DNA from: Cyanophora paradoxa CCMP329
Taxonomy: Eukaryota > Plantae > Glaucophyta
Length of the DNA: 64,000 nucleotides
Assembly (NCBI GenBank): GCA_004431415.1
Contig: QPMI01000121.1
Location: forward strand, 1 to 64,000
Reading direction: 5' to 3'
Of this stretch, positions 10,741 through 24,100 are shown piece by piece; positions within the stretch are counted from its first letter, which is position 1, and each line of letters opens with the position of its first letter. The notes beneath the pieces were generated by a model that saw nothing but the letters and a program-made list of their open reading frames with translations, made no database searches and was not told the origin of the DNA. The translations under genes and the position numbers were made by a program.

Positions 10741-13700
10741 ATGAGCACAAACAGGTGGTTGTGTGCAGCCGCAACTTTAGCAGCAGCTCAGCGGCTGTAG
10801 CTGCACTGCGAAAGCGCAATCCTGGTCGTTGCGGGCTGATGATGTTCTGATCATGAGCTTGAGGCCGGACCGAACATTGCCGACATTCGGCATCGCCTCT
10901 GCAACTGCAACTTTGAACCTAGCTAGTCATACCGGAACGCCTGAGCCTGCAGCTGGAGAGCATCGAGAATGATCATGATAAGCGATTCTCGCGGAAACAG
11001 CTTTCGCGGTCCAGGGGCTCGAAAATTGCTGGCCCCCGTCAACGTTATAAATCACGACCATGATCATGATCAGTTGCAGCCGCTTTCTGTGACTGATTTC
11101 AATCATGATCAGCTTCGAGCAGGGGCGCCTGCAGCTGCCGCAGAGCCAGCGGGTTTAGATGTAGCCATAGGTGGCGAGGTAGAAGGTGCAACCGAATTCG
11201 AAGCTCCGCAGCCGCAGCGAGACCCCGCGCGAGCGCTTGCCCCGACGGCGTCGGCGGCGGCGGCGCCATCTTACCGAGCCTCTGGCTATGGTTCCGTGGA
11301 CAACTCCAGCTCGAGCTCCTGGCGATGGAAAGCTTCGGGGTCTGTCGGGTCGGGCCTTGGCGGGGCAGGGCTGCCCCGGCCGCACATGCAGTCGCCGCCC
11401 CGCAGCCCGCCGCAGGATTACGCTCTGCCGTCGCGCGCGCCGTCGAGCCTCGCCATCGTCGCCGTCGCGGCAACGGAGATCAGCGCTAGCGGCCCATACT
11501 CGTTCAGGGACGGCGACGACGCGGCCGCGCCGCTGAACCGCACCGAACTTGCCGCCGGCGTCAAGAAGAACAGTGCGCGCATTGCGGTACCGATGGCAAG
11601 ATCTAGATATAGATCTAGAGCTACAAGGCCTAGGACCGTGCCACCACTTGGCTTGCTTGTTGACGTTCGAATTCGGTTTCGCAGTGCGATCTCGAGGGCA
11701 TTTCATCGACGAGGTACTGAGCACAGCCGGCGGAGCGGGGGCAGCGGCGGAGCAGCACCTCCTTCGGGGTCTCATCGCGAACCAAGTCACGCTGCGGTTC
11801 GCGGACGGGGCAATGGAGTCGAGTTTCCGACGCATGTACAGTTTGATGGGGCTTGAGTGCGCTCGACTCGTTCATATTTCTCTATCCCGTTCGGTTCTGT
11901 CTGATCTTCGAGACTGCGTTTGCTCGAATTCGATCCTATTCCTTCTGGAAGGCGAATGGTATTGGTCGGTGCGGCCGGCCGCTTATCCACAGCGCACGTG
12001 GCCGTCTTCCACCAACACTGAAATGCATGTGATCATGATTGCAGGCCTCATTTCCATTAACGCCGGGCTCGCCGAACTATTCTTTGTGCTGGGCTACAAA
12101 GGACTACAGGACTACATATATCTCGCGGCCCTCTCCATCTTGCTAGCCGGCATCGTCAGTGCGTGGCCCACGGCCCAATCAATCTAGAGCTCCCCTAGGC
12201 CTGTACACGTGCGCTACCTTTCCAGCAAGATTCAAATTACGCGCGCTCCATGCGCAGTTACACTCGTTCCGTTTGTACCGCTGGCGCGAAGGCACCCCTT
12301 CATCACGCTCGCGGTCATGCCTGTGCTGGTGAGCAATATCGATGATTCAATTGAATTCATTGGTTTGAGTAGCTAAAACTCGCGATCGCCTACAGCTGGA
12401 TATATGGTTTTGCGGGAGCCACACGCTCCTGTACCTGGCCGACAAAGCGCGAACATACCACCCGGTCCCGGCTGCTTCTATCGTTGGAGCAGCACTGATA
12501 CCGGTGCATGCGCATGCGCATGCGCACCCCTTTGCTATCGTCAGCCAGATATATATCCCATTAGCCAATGCGAATATTAATTGGCTGACTTCGAATGGGA
12601 TCACAGCGCCTCTTCTCCTTAACAGCCGCCGCCATTGCCGTAACGGTCACTGCATTCTGCTTCGGCGCCAGTCTGATCTGGCTGCCCCTTCGAGAGGCTT
12701 CCGTTCTTTGCGCCCCTTACATGGAAGGTCCGCCCCTAATGGAATTCGAAGGCCCGTCTTGTATATTTGTAACCAACTGACCGCGGCCGTGTGAAAATGC
12801 GATCAGTCGGAATAATGGTTATCTTCTTTGTACGGGAAATCGAGGTCAGCGATTCCCGCGGCCGCTCGCTTGCACTGTCATGCACACTGTGATATCCGCA
12901 TTGAATTACGCTTTCTGTTATCGCAGCTACTTTTCCGGAAAAGCCACGTCTTGAATGTGTGCATTGATGCGACGCGGGCGGAGACGCTCCTTCAGAGGTC
13001 GCGGACCGCGCGCATTGCGCAGAACTGCCTGCCCGACCAGGTAAGCCGACGTCGACGTCCGCCCCGTCATAGATATATATACCCATGAGCTGCAGCACCC
13101 GCACAACTGATTATGACGGCCTTGCCGATCTGCGTCGGATCGATCGATATCGATAATTTTTATAGACCAATTTTCAACACTATGGCCGTGCAGGTGATCG
13201 CGGCCTGGCGCTCGGGCGACCCGCTGTGGACGCGGAAGCTCTCCCGCCGCTTCGACACGGCCGCCATCGCCTTCGTGATCCTCGAGGGCCGCAACGCTGG
13301 AGCGCAGCTGCAGCAGGCGAGTGCTGGTGGCGACGCGCCCGTGGCCCCGGGCAGCGTCAGCATGAAAGGGGCGGAGCTCGAGCGCCTGAGCGGCGCCATC
13401 GAACGGCTGGAGGCACTCTGCTCTCGCTTTGGTGTCGAGGTGTTCGCCTCTCCGCTAAAAACGCATCCCGTTCCTTTTCCCACCATGTTTGAGCGCGCCC
13501 GGCGCACAGAAAATCAAGACAGTGGGAGGGTTTTGCCTCATGGTGGCCGCTGGCCTGCCTTCCGAGCGCCCCGCCTCCGACGCCGCTGCGTCCGCAACCG
13601 GGTCCGAAGTCTTCCCTCTAGATATGAAGCGTCAAGCATCCGATTTCGATCGACCCTGATCACGAAAGCTCGCGTCAGATTCGCTCTGGAAGCGGTGGCG

Positions 13701-16700
13701 GTTGCGGGGCGGATGGGTTTTCACGCTCGCGCGGGTGCCGCGTCCGGGCCCGTGGTTACCGGCGTCATCGGCAGCCGACTCTTCTTTGACGTATGGTGAG
13801 CCGGAATTCTTTTTCCTGCGACATGTGAATTGATTGCATTCATCGAATTTTGGAATTAAAGGGGCGACACCTGCAATACGGTCCGCGAGCATGAAACTAA
13901 ATATCTCTGATTATAAGCTTCCTAACCCCTCGAACGCGTCCCGCACCGCAGGCGCACCGAATGGCTACAAAGGCCTCAGAGGGCATGGTGCTCGTCCCGC
14001 ACGGCACCGCTGACTTGCTCTGGGAGCTCCCGGGCCTTCAGTTCGGCCCGCCGCGTCAGCTCGATGTCAAGGGAAAAGGTGCGACCGGCGTCAGTCTCGC
14101 GCGCGGAATATTATTCAAGCTCGTATTATATATTGATTCGCGTGCAGGCCTTATGTCCGTCTGTCAAGTGTCGCGGAGCCAGCCAGCCGCGCCGCGCCAC
14201 TCGCGCTCGTCTCGCGCCCTACAGCTGCCCGCACTCGGTCCCCGAAGCGCGTCCGTAGGCACCCAGGCCGTCTCGGCCTCCGGGGACGATCGCGATCGGG
14301 AAGGCGATGCGGATAACGAGGGCTCGCTGGCCACGCGCTCCCCTCCCAACTTGGCGAGCCCCGCCATGTCGGTCTGCGAACGGAGGGACTCCATCACCGG
14401 GTTAGGAGACGTCCCCGTCAGCAGCCCGTCTCTCTTCCGACGCCTGCTCAGCGTGCGTGGGAGCGCGGAGCGCGCGTGTCCAGCGCACAGCCGCATGAGC
14501 TAACGTGAACGATTGGCGGCATGCGCGCGGCAGCGATGCCTGGAGCTCTTGGGTGTCCGCCGTCTCCGCTACGCGAGCCGACTGTGGCGCCTGTCTTTCG
14601 ACGACCCTGCCATCGAGCGCATGTTCTGGCTCCGCCGCTCGTGCGCTCGAGTTCTGCATGGCTGGCTTTAGCTTTGAGTTCGTCTTCCGTCTGACCCGTG
14701 GGCACTGCGGCACGAACAGCGCCGCCGCTCTGCGGGCGCTGCGCGGCGCCTTCTTCATTGCATTCGCGCACGCCGTCATCTGGCCAGCCCTAGAGAACGG
14801 AGCCGGCTACTCCCACTCCGAACTCGTCCCACGAGTCCTACTGCGGTACGCATTCGGCGCTACAGAAAGCATTTGCACATTTGAATATTTACCTATCTCC
14901 GATACCGTAGGCTCCTGCTTGAGGGACTGCCCGTTGGCGCAATCACAGCGCTGTCCGTCGCCTTGCCGGACTTCGTCACCAAACACTCGCGAGTTCTCAC
15001 GATGATCGCTCTTTTCTTCATGGTGAGGATATCGAAGACTTGAAAAGAATGGACTGCGGATTCCAAATTAAAGTTCTCATTCCTTGCGCCAGACGGCGCA
15101 GCGTGTGGTGTACATGGCGTGGCTGAACGGGGACAGTTCGGGCCCGAGCGAGCACGCGCTGTCCATCATAGTCGCTGACGTGCTCTTCCTCTGCTGCTTC
15201 GCGCACCTGCAGCCTGGGCCAGTGACGTCCTGGATGGTGCGAGCTGACGAGGAATTTTAACGGGTATTCAGTCAATAATTTCCATTAACGCTGTCTATTT
15301 GCAGGATCGGATTCCGCTCGATGTCGCTCTGGCTACCACCTTCATCGCAACGCAGCATCGTCGCCTGTTCGGTCCGTTATGATTCATGGCTATAGCTATG
15401 ATTTGAAGCGACCTCGAGAGCTGCCGGCAGCTCGCCTCTCAAAAGTCGCGGTCGACGTCGATAGTTGTAATATTTTGCATCAATTAATAATTTGAGGCGC
15501 AGGCACATTCGAGGGACTGAACGAGTTGATCATTTTCGCACTGGTGGTGCCAATGTTTCAGGTTCGAGGCTTTCGAGGCTCGCGACATTGTGTTGTTCAT
15601 TCTATTTTGACGCTCGCCCACGCATTCGCGCGTCTCGATTCGCTCGCAGACCCTTGGGTGGCTCAACGAGTACGAGTCGCGGCGGGAGTTCGAGCTCGAC
15701 CGCATGGCGGCCGAGCAGGTGCGTGTACCATGCTGAGTACCGCGCGTGCCCCCGGCCTGCGCGCAACAGCCGCCGCGCCCGGCCGGCAACATTAATTATA
15801 ACGCTTGACGCTCAACGCTGACTCTTTGACGGTCAGGTGGCCGCTGTGAACGCGGAGGCAACCGCCACGCGCCGACTTCTCGAGCTCTGCCTCCCCTCCG
15901 TCGTGCGTTCTTTAACAAATATTAATCAAAGCAGAGATCGATCGATCGATCCTGCGCTAGCGCATTAGTTGGCCTCTAATTATAACATTGCGGCTGAATT
16001 CGAATGCTTTTCAATCCTGCGCTGCGATGTCGGCCATGCCGCTGACAAAGCGGCTGATCCTGAACGCTTTTCAACTCGCGTGCGAGCGCAGGTGCTGTCC
16101 CAGATGTTGGGCGAGGACGGGCACCTCGTCGCGAGCCGCTTCCTCCGCTTCGAATCGGTCGCCGTCCTCTGCGCCGACGTGGTAATCACGGTCCCGCATT
16201 ATGCATCTAGGTTGCCAACTCGGCCGCATTGTAATTACATGGGCGCCCCCCAGGTCGACTTCACGCACCTCTCGTCCGTTCTGGATGCCGTCGAGGTGGT
16301 GCGGCATGCGCAGCTTAAGCTTGCTGCAACCCTCGCCCACTTAAGCTCCCATGGCCACTCGTATCTTGAGCTTTCATGTTATAATATTAATTATAGCTAT
16401 ATATATCCCAACCGGTGCCGTGGTCAGGTTCGGTTGCTGGAGGATTGGGTGACTGCAGTCGACGCGGCCGCTCAGGCGAGACGGGCCGTCCGGCTGAAGG
16501 TGACGCGCGCCCACACGTGCACGCGGCACCCGTGAGAGTGCTGATCATGAGCGACCTGCTTAGCTCGTTGGAGACGCGTACTACGCGGTCGTGGGCCTCG
16601 AGGGCCCCGCTGGGCCCGAGGAGACGACCGCTCTCGTCGCGTTGGCCCACGAGGTGCGCATGCGCATGCACACTCTCTCTTCGTTTCTTTAATTTCCCGA

Positions 16701-17323
16701 GTAAACTGAAATGACGACCTTGCTTAAACAACAATTAATCAAATTAAACGTAGATGATCGAAGCCTTGGCTGTTGCCGAGGCAAAGCTGCGCGGGGGAAG
16801 GCAAGACGCGCCGCCAGTGCGCACGCGCATCGGCGTCGCCACGGGGACTGCAGTTGGCGGAATCATCGGCGGCCAGAAGGTGCCCGCAGACTGAAGCCTC
16901 GAAGCTTATAAATTAAGTTTCCGAGCACACTTGACCGAATCTTGGATGGCGCGGCCCATGTCTAACACTTGTACATTCGCAATCGCCCCGCAGTGGTTCT
17001 TCGACCTGTTTGGCGACGCGATGGACAGGGCTAACGAGCTGGAGCGCACCTGCGTCCCGAACCGTGTCCACGTGCGTTTTGTCCGCCAGCTCGAGCGGCC
17101 GAATGCGTGCAGCTGCCAACTGCAGGCTTTTTGAGATCGTGGCTGGCACGCGCATGCGCAGGTCTCCGCGGAAGTTGCGGGGATGGTTGCAGGCCGCTAC
17201 AAGTGCGAGCCGCTCGAGATCGACCCCCCTACCTCTTTGCAGTTGTCCAGCAGCCCCGTGAAACCGGCCCCGGGCGAGGCAGGCCGCCGCCGCTCCTTCC
17301 TCGTCTTCCCTTCGACGCCGTGA
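10741..17323 (+). CDS. Membrane-bound class III nucleotidyl cyclase (TM block-cyclase-TM block-cyclase), probable adenylyl cyclase; multi-exon
   Basis: Domain 1 (~13190-14170): AQNCLPDQV..FDTAAIAFVILEG..E|KIKTVGGFCLMVAAGLP..RAGAASGPVVTGVIGSRLFFDVW|GDTCNT|AHRM..DVKGK|GLM. Domain 2 (~15880-17190): LLELCLP..FESVAVLCADV|VDFT..RLK|LVGDAYYAVVGL..RIGVATGTAVGGIIGGQK|WFFDLFGDAMDRANELE..RVH|VS. Hydrophobic exons at ~11900-12900 and ~14650-15560. Stop TGA 17321-17323; start codon uncertain. Confidence 0.88.
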
Positions 17324-18151
17324 CGGCCAGCGCTAGCCCCGACTCGGCTAATCCCCCTATCCTTAAACTCAATCCCCCCCCCCCCCCCCCCCCCCCCCCT
17401 CCCCCGCCGGGGCCCTCGGGCTCCGCGTGTCACCGCGACTGGTGCCGCTGATCTTCAATTTACCGTACACGTATACGTATCATAGTACGTATATACGTAT
17501 AGTTGCACTTTGTACTCGAGCTCGGTCGCGCGGATTTTTTTCGAATTAGCTTGCCAAGTCGCCCTTGATGTCGACGTCATTAGCCCTAGTATACGTAGCA
17601 TAAAACGTAAAGTCTGCATTTAATTTTCTTCAATAGCATGCAGACATGATTGCATTTGCCAGATTTTGAATTTTAGTGTTCGCCATTAGTACTTGCCTTG
17701 AATCTTTCATGATCATGAGTGCAGTTCACTATAGCCATATGCATAACACACACTCGTACGTGTGCGTTAGCTTAGGGCCGGCGCCGCGCGTGCGGTCTTT
17801 CTAAATTAAGAGAGTGTACAACGGTAGATATAGCCTACAGCTAAGATGTTCACGATCAGTCTGTGTACTACGACACGTGCACATGCATGTGCGTGATAGA
17901 TATCCTCATTACATTCATGTCCGTCTCTGTTGTAGAATACAATTGATCAAGCACGTTGACTCACAGGATGCAGATCATATACGCCGACGCAGAAAAATTG
18001 CGGAAACCAGTGCCTACCGTGGCTCCCAAAAGAAAAAGCGGCGAAAGTTCGAATTCGAATGGATACGCGTACGAGAGAAAAACGAATTAAAAAGACGCAG
18101 CTCTACAAAGGCTACGATACGTATACCGATACGATACAAAGGCAGCTCTTG

Positions 18152-21100
18152 TCATGACCCCTCTCGGAGCCTCTCAATCTGGGGCGCGGCGCGAGCCTCA
18201 GAGCGAATTCGAAGAAGGCAACGCCCGGGGGAGCATGCGCAGAGCGGGACAGAAGCTAATATAAGCTTGATTCAAGCTTATAAGATAGTATTACTTATAT
18301 AAATTAAGCTATTCTTCAAGCTTATAAGCTAATATAAGCTATTTGATTCAATAGGTATAAGCTTTAAGTATATTCTTCAAGCTTATAGGCTAGTATTACT
18401 TATAGTATTACTTGATTCAAGCTTATTCGCTAGTATAAGCTATTCAAGCGAAGCCAAATTAAATTATCGGGCGGTGGATATCGATCCGGACCTGGCGGAG
18501 GATGTAGCGGCGGGTGACGCCGCGCGCGAAGCCAAAGTCGCGCTCGAGGTCGGCGTCGTCGAGCATGAGCAGGCGGGCGCCGTTGACGCGCTCCTCCTCC
18601 AGCTGCGCAGCCAGCCGCAGCGCCCCCTCGCCCAGGTCGTGCGGCGCCCCCGCCAGCGACGCCGCCCACGCCGCCGCCTCCGCCACCGACCAGCCGGCCG
18701 CGACGATGTCGTCGCCGTACGGCGCGGCGCTCACGGCGAGCGGGGCGAGGGCGGAGGCCGCGGCCGCGGCGGGCGGCGGGGAGGGCGAAGCGGGGGCCTC
18801 CACTACTTCGTTCAGCGCTTCGCCCTGCGCGGGTGCGGCTCTGGCAGGCTCCGGCGCGCTCGAGCCCGGGCTCGCGCGCAGCCGCTTTGCGCGGGATTGC
18901 ACAGGCAGCTCGGAGGCCGCTGAGGCATCCGGGCCTGCGTCCGGCGTCCGCGTTTGGCATTGGGGCGAAAGAAAATGAGACGTGTCGGCGTCAACGCGCA
19001 CCCGAGTCGCCTGCAGTCTCGGCCTGCACCAGGTGGGCCCGCTTCGCCGGGGTTTTCTGCAGCACGCGGTCAGAATGGGCGAGCTGGAATTCTCAAGAGC
19101 AAGGGCGGACTCGATGCTTTGCTGGGCAGTGGGCCTTGTGACTCCAAAGCGATATCTCTCTCTCAAACGCCTTTCCGCACAATTCGCAAGACCATTCTCC
19201 GGCACCGACACCGGCCTCAGATCCGGCCCCCGCCGCTTCTTTCCGCCGCTTTGTAGCCTCTGCGACCGCGCTGGCTCCTCCGCTTGAGCCATCCTCGGCC
19301 TCGTCGCGTTCAAGAGCCCTCCCCTTTCCTTCTGCTCCCACTTAGCGCATCAGGGGATCGAAGGATTGCAGAACATTCTCTGCAGGCCAAAGGGGCCGCA
19401 CCTGTGCAGCCCTTGCTCCCTTGATAGTGCATCGAAAGCCCCAGCCGGCTTCCGAACCCGCGCCCGCACACCCCGCAGCAGTGCGGGCCGCCTGTGCTCG
19501 CGCCTGGCTTCTCATCTCCACTCGCAGACGAGCCCGCATCCTCAGCCGCCTCCTCGCGGTCCGCTGCGAGGCAGGCCGTTGGCTCGTGAGTGTTCGCGAG
19601 AGAGCGCGGGAGAGGCGCTGCGCGGCTGGCACCCGTGCAGTGGTTCCGGTGCCGTTTGAGCCCGCGCTGCGTCGCGAAGCTCCGGCCGCACTCGCAGGGG
19701 AACTGTTCCTTCCCCACGCTTTCCGCTGGGCTGCTGGACTCCTCGTCGGCTGTTGCTGCCGCCTCTTCCTTGGCCCCCGCCGCCGCGCATGCCGCGCGCT
19801 TGGCTTGGTGGATCGCCAGGCCGTGGGTGTTGCGGAAGAGTCCCCCGCAGGCCGCGCACGCAACGCGCCCGTCGGCCCCCTCGCCCGCTTCCTCCTCCTC
19901 TTCGCCCTCTGTCTTCACATCTGTGTGGCAGAGTTGGCGCGGCGGGGGCGCGAGAGGGAGAGAACGGGTCAGACCGGTTTCGCTGGCGGAGCCGCCGCTC
20001 TCATCTGAGCCCTCCTCCGCGTCTGAGCCCTCCTCCACGTCTGTGGGGCGTTCAGCGAGAAGCACGCGCGAGCAGCAGCGGCCACACCAGTGTCATCGGC
20101 AGCGGCGCCACCTGCTGGGCACGTCAGGAGCCTGAACGTCGGCGAGACGAGCCAAGGGGCCGCACCTGCACAACCCTCGCTCCTTCGACAGTGCACCGAA
20201 AGCCCCAGCCTGCTTCCGAACCCTCGATCGCACACACCGCAGCGGTGCGGGCCACCTATGGCCGAGCTTGGCTCCTCATCTCCACTCGCAGACGAGCCCG
20301 CATCCTCAGCCGCCTCCGCAACCTCACGGTCCGCTGCGAGGCGGGCCGTCGGCTCGTGAGTGTTCGCAAGGCAGGGCGGGAGAGGCGCCGCGCGGCCGGC
20401 ACCCGTGCAGTAATTTTGGTGCCGCTTGAGCCCGCCCTGAGTCGCGAAGCTCCGGCCACACTCGCACGGAAACTCCTCCTCTGGGCTGCTGGACACTTCA
20501 GCAGTCTCCTCCTCGTCGGTCCCCGCCGCGGCCCCTTCCTTGGCCAACGCTGCGGTGCTTCCCGCAGATACGCGAGCTGCTGACCACGTCAGGAGTCGGA
20601 ACGACGGCGAGATCATTTAGGTGGCCGCAGGTGGCCGCACATGTGCAGCCCTTGCTCCTTTGGCAGTGCACCGAAAGCCCCACCCGGCTTCCGAACCCGC
20701 GCCCGCACACCCCGCAGCAGTGCGGGCCGCCTGTGCTCGCGCCTGGCTTCTCATCTCCGCTCCCAGACGAGCCCGCATCCTCAGCCGCCTCCTCGCGGTC
20801 CGCTGCGAGGCAGGCAGTCGGCTCGTGAGTGTTCGCGAGAGAGGGCGGGAGAGGCGGCGCGCGGCTGGCACCCGTGCAGTGGCTGCGGTGCCGATTGAGC
20901 CCGCGCTGCGTCGCGAAGCCCCGGCCGCATTCGCAGGGGAACTGTTCCTTCCCCACGCTCTCCGCTGGGCTGCTGGACATCTCCGCCGCCTCCTCCTCGT
21001 CGTCGGCTGTTGCTGCCGCCTCTTCCTTGGCCCCCGCCGCCGCGCATGCCGCGCGCTTGGCTTGGTGGATCGCCAGGCCGTGGGCGTTCCGGAAGAGTCC

Positions 21101-24100
21101 CCCGCAGGCCGCGCACGCAACGCGCCCGTCGGCCCCCTCGCCCGCTTCCTCTGTCTTCACATCTGTGTGGCAGAGTTGGCGCGGCGGGGGCGCGGGAGGG
21201 AGAGAACGGGTCAGACCGGTTTCGCTGGCGGAGCCGCCACTCTCATCTGAGCCCTCCTCCGCGTCTGAGCCCTCCTCCGCGTCTGAGCCCTCCTCCGCGT
21301 CTGAGCCCTCCTCCACGTCTGTGGGGCGCTCAGCGAGAAGCACGCGCGAGCAACAGCGGCCGCACCAGCGTCATCAGCAGCGGCGCCACCTGCTGAGCAT
21401 GTTAGGAGCCTGAACGTCGGCGAGACGAGCCAAGGGGCCGCACCTGCACAGCCCTCGCTCCTTCGACAGTGCACCGAAAGCCCCAGCCTGCTTCCGAACC
21501 CGCGGTCGCACACACCGCAGCGGTGCAGGCCATCTGTGGCCGAGCTTGGCTCCTCATCCCCGCCCGCAGACGAGCCCGCATCCTCAGCCGCCTCCGGAAC
21601 CTCGCGGTTTGCTGCAAGGCGGGCCGCCGGCTCGTGAGTGTTCGCAAGGCAGGGCGGAAGAGGCGCCGCGCGGCCGGCACCCGTGCAGTAATTTTGGTGC
21701 CGCTTGAGCCCGCCCTGAGTCGCGAAGCTCCGGCCGCACTCGCACGGAAACTCCTCCTCCCCCTCGCTCTCCGCTGGGCTGCTGGACACTTCAGCCGCCT
21801 CCTTGTCGTCGGTCCCCGCCGCGGCCTCTTCCTTGGCCAACGCCGCGGTGCTTCCCGCAGATACGCGATCGCGAGCTGCTGACCACGTCAGGAGTCGGAA
21901 CGACGGCGAGGCGAGGGCAATATGATCCGTATCGATATCAACGCGCACCCGAGTCACCTGCAGTCTTGGCCTGCGCCGGGGGGGGCCGCTTTGCCGGGAA
22001 TCCCTGCAGCACACGGTCGGAATGGGCGAGCTGGAATATTTAAGAGCAAGGGCGGACTCGATGCTTTTCTGGGCAGTGGGCCTTGTGACCCTGAAGCGAT
22101 ATCTCTCTCTCAAACGCCTTTCCGCACAATTCGCAAGACCAGTCTCCGGCACCGACACCGGCCTCAGATCCGGCCCCCGCCGCTTCTTTCCGCCGCTTTG
22201 TAGCATCTGCGACCGCGCTGGCACCTCCATTTGAGCCATCCTCGGCCTCGTCACGATCGTGCTCACGAGCCCTCCCCTTTCCTTCTGCTCCCACTGAGCG
22301 CATCAGGGGCTCGAAAGATTGCAGAACATTCTCTGCGGGCCAAAGGGGCCGCACCTGCACAGCCCTCGCTCCTTCGACAGTGCACCGAAAGCCCAAGCCG
22401 ATTTCCGAACCCGCGCCCGCACACCCCGCAGCAGTGCGGGCCGCCTGCGCTTGTGGCTGTGCTTGCGGTGGCGGCGTTGGCCTCCGAGCCTGCATCTACG
22501 CCTGTGGGAAGTTGAGCGTGGGCCAGAAGAATACGAAAGTGGGGGGGAGGGGGGGGAGGGGGGTGGGAGAGGAGGGGCAGACCCTTTCCGCCAGCGGCGT
22601 CGCCGCTTGCCTCGAGGTGCGCTTCGCCAGGGCCGGCAGCGAGGTCGACGGGAGGCCCCTCCGAGGCGCAGCGGCGCTCGTGCTCGGCAGCGCCGTCGGC
22701 GTCGAGCATCTCTCCGCAGCGCTCGCACCAGATATCTGCCCCGCCCCGAGGGTCCGCCTCCGCATCCAGGTCTGCCGGGCGCGTCGGCGCGGGGCGCGCA
22801 GGGACGAACATGGGCCGCACCGGCTTTGGCTTCCCTGCTCGTGGCATCCGGGGCGGAGTCCGCTGAAGAGGGCTCGACTGCGAGCCAGAAGAGGCGACGA
22901 CGGTGAGCGAGCCGTGCGGGCAGGCGGGCACGTGTGCGCGCGCACCGCCACAGTGGACGCGGTGTACCCGCAGGACTTGAAGCTTGAACGAGCGCCCGCA
23001 GTGCTCGCAGGGCGCCCGGTCGCACGGCGATGCCTCCGCCTCGGCTCCAGCCTCCGCCTCGGCGCCTGCGCCCCGCGCCCCGCCGTGCTCCTCCTTCGTC
23101 CCTGCCGCAGGGGTCGCCGCGAGGCGTGCCGCGCTGCAGGAGGCAGACGCACCGCCGCACGTAGCGCTCATTCGCCTGTGACGTGCGAGGCCGACCGCCG
23201 ACGTGAAGCTGCGCCTGCACTCGCCGCAGCGGAGCCGCTTTCGGCCCTTCTTCCCCTTGCCCTCCTCGCCCTGCCCCGCCTCTCCGGCTTCCTCCTCCTC
23301 CTCCTCCCTCTCCGCGTCTCCGGTGCTGTCGCTCGCGGCAACTGCGCCGCCCCAGTCAGAAATTCGCGCCGGTACCGATACACTGCACGCACCCGCTTTC
23401 GCCATCGAGCAGTATCTCTTGTGGCGGAGGAGCCAGCCGTCGGTCTTGAAGGTCTTCCCGCAGACGCACTTGCGCGCTGCGCCGTCCACCGCCGCCCCCC
23501 CGCCCCCCGCGGGCCTGGCCCCCTCCTCGAAGCGGAAGTCTGAGGCTGGACCGGCCTCAGGACGCCCCGGCGCGAGGCCCAGATCGGGGGGGGGAGGAGG
23601 GGGGGGGAAGGGGGAGGGGGGGGAGAAGGGGGAGGGGGGGGAAGGGGGAGAGGGGGAGGGGCGAAAGCAAGCGCACCGAGGCAGAGGGAAGATCCTTGGT
23701 GGACTCTGAGCCCCATCTGGGTGTCGAAGCGCCGGCCGCAGCCGCAGAGGAAGCTACCCCGGCCCCCGGGCCCCGGATCGCCGTCCCCGCCACCGGCCCC
23801 GGACCCGCCGCCCCTCCGGAGAAACGGCAGGGCCGGCGGAACCTTGGACTTGCCCGCCGCCGCTCCACTTGAGGCCTGCGAGGCCGGCTGCGCGCCCTCG
23901 GCCTGCTTGCTGCCCGCCGATCCGAAGCCAAAGGGTACCACGACGCTGGCCAGGACTCCGGGGCACGTCCTCATGTGCCGAGCCAGGTTTTTGGCGTGGT
24001 AGAGCCGCCCGCAGCCGCCGCAGGGTTCCGCCTCCTTTGCCGCTGCAAGGGGAAAGGGGGGTAAGGGGGTAAGGGGGGGTACGGGGTAAAGGAGGTGTTT

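Noticed and set aside
17460-18120. Possible MITE in the spacer between the convergent cyclase and ZnF genes
   Set aside because: AT-rich and palindrome-rich, but no convincing TIR pair or TSD found.
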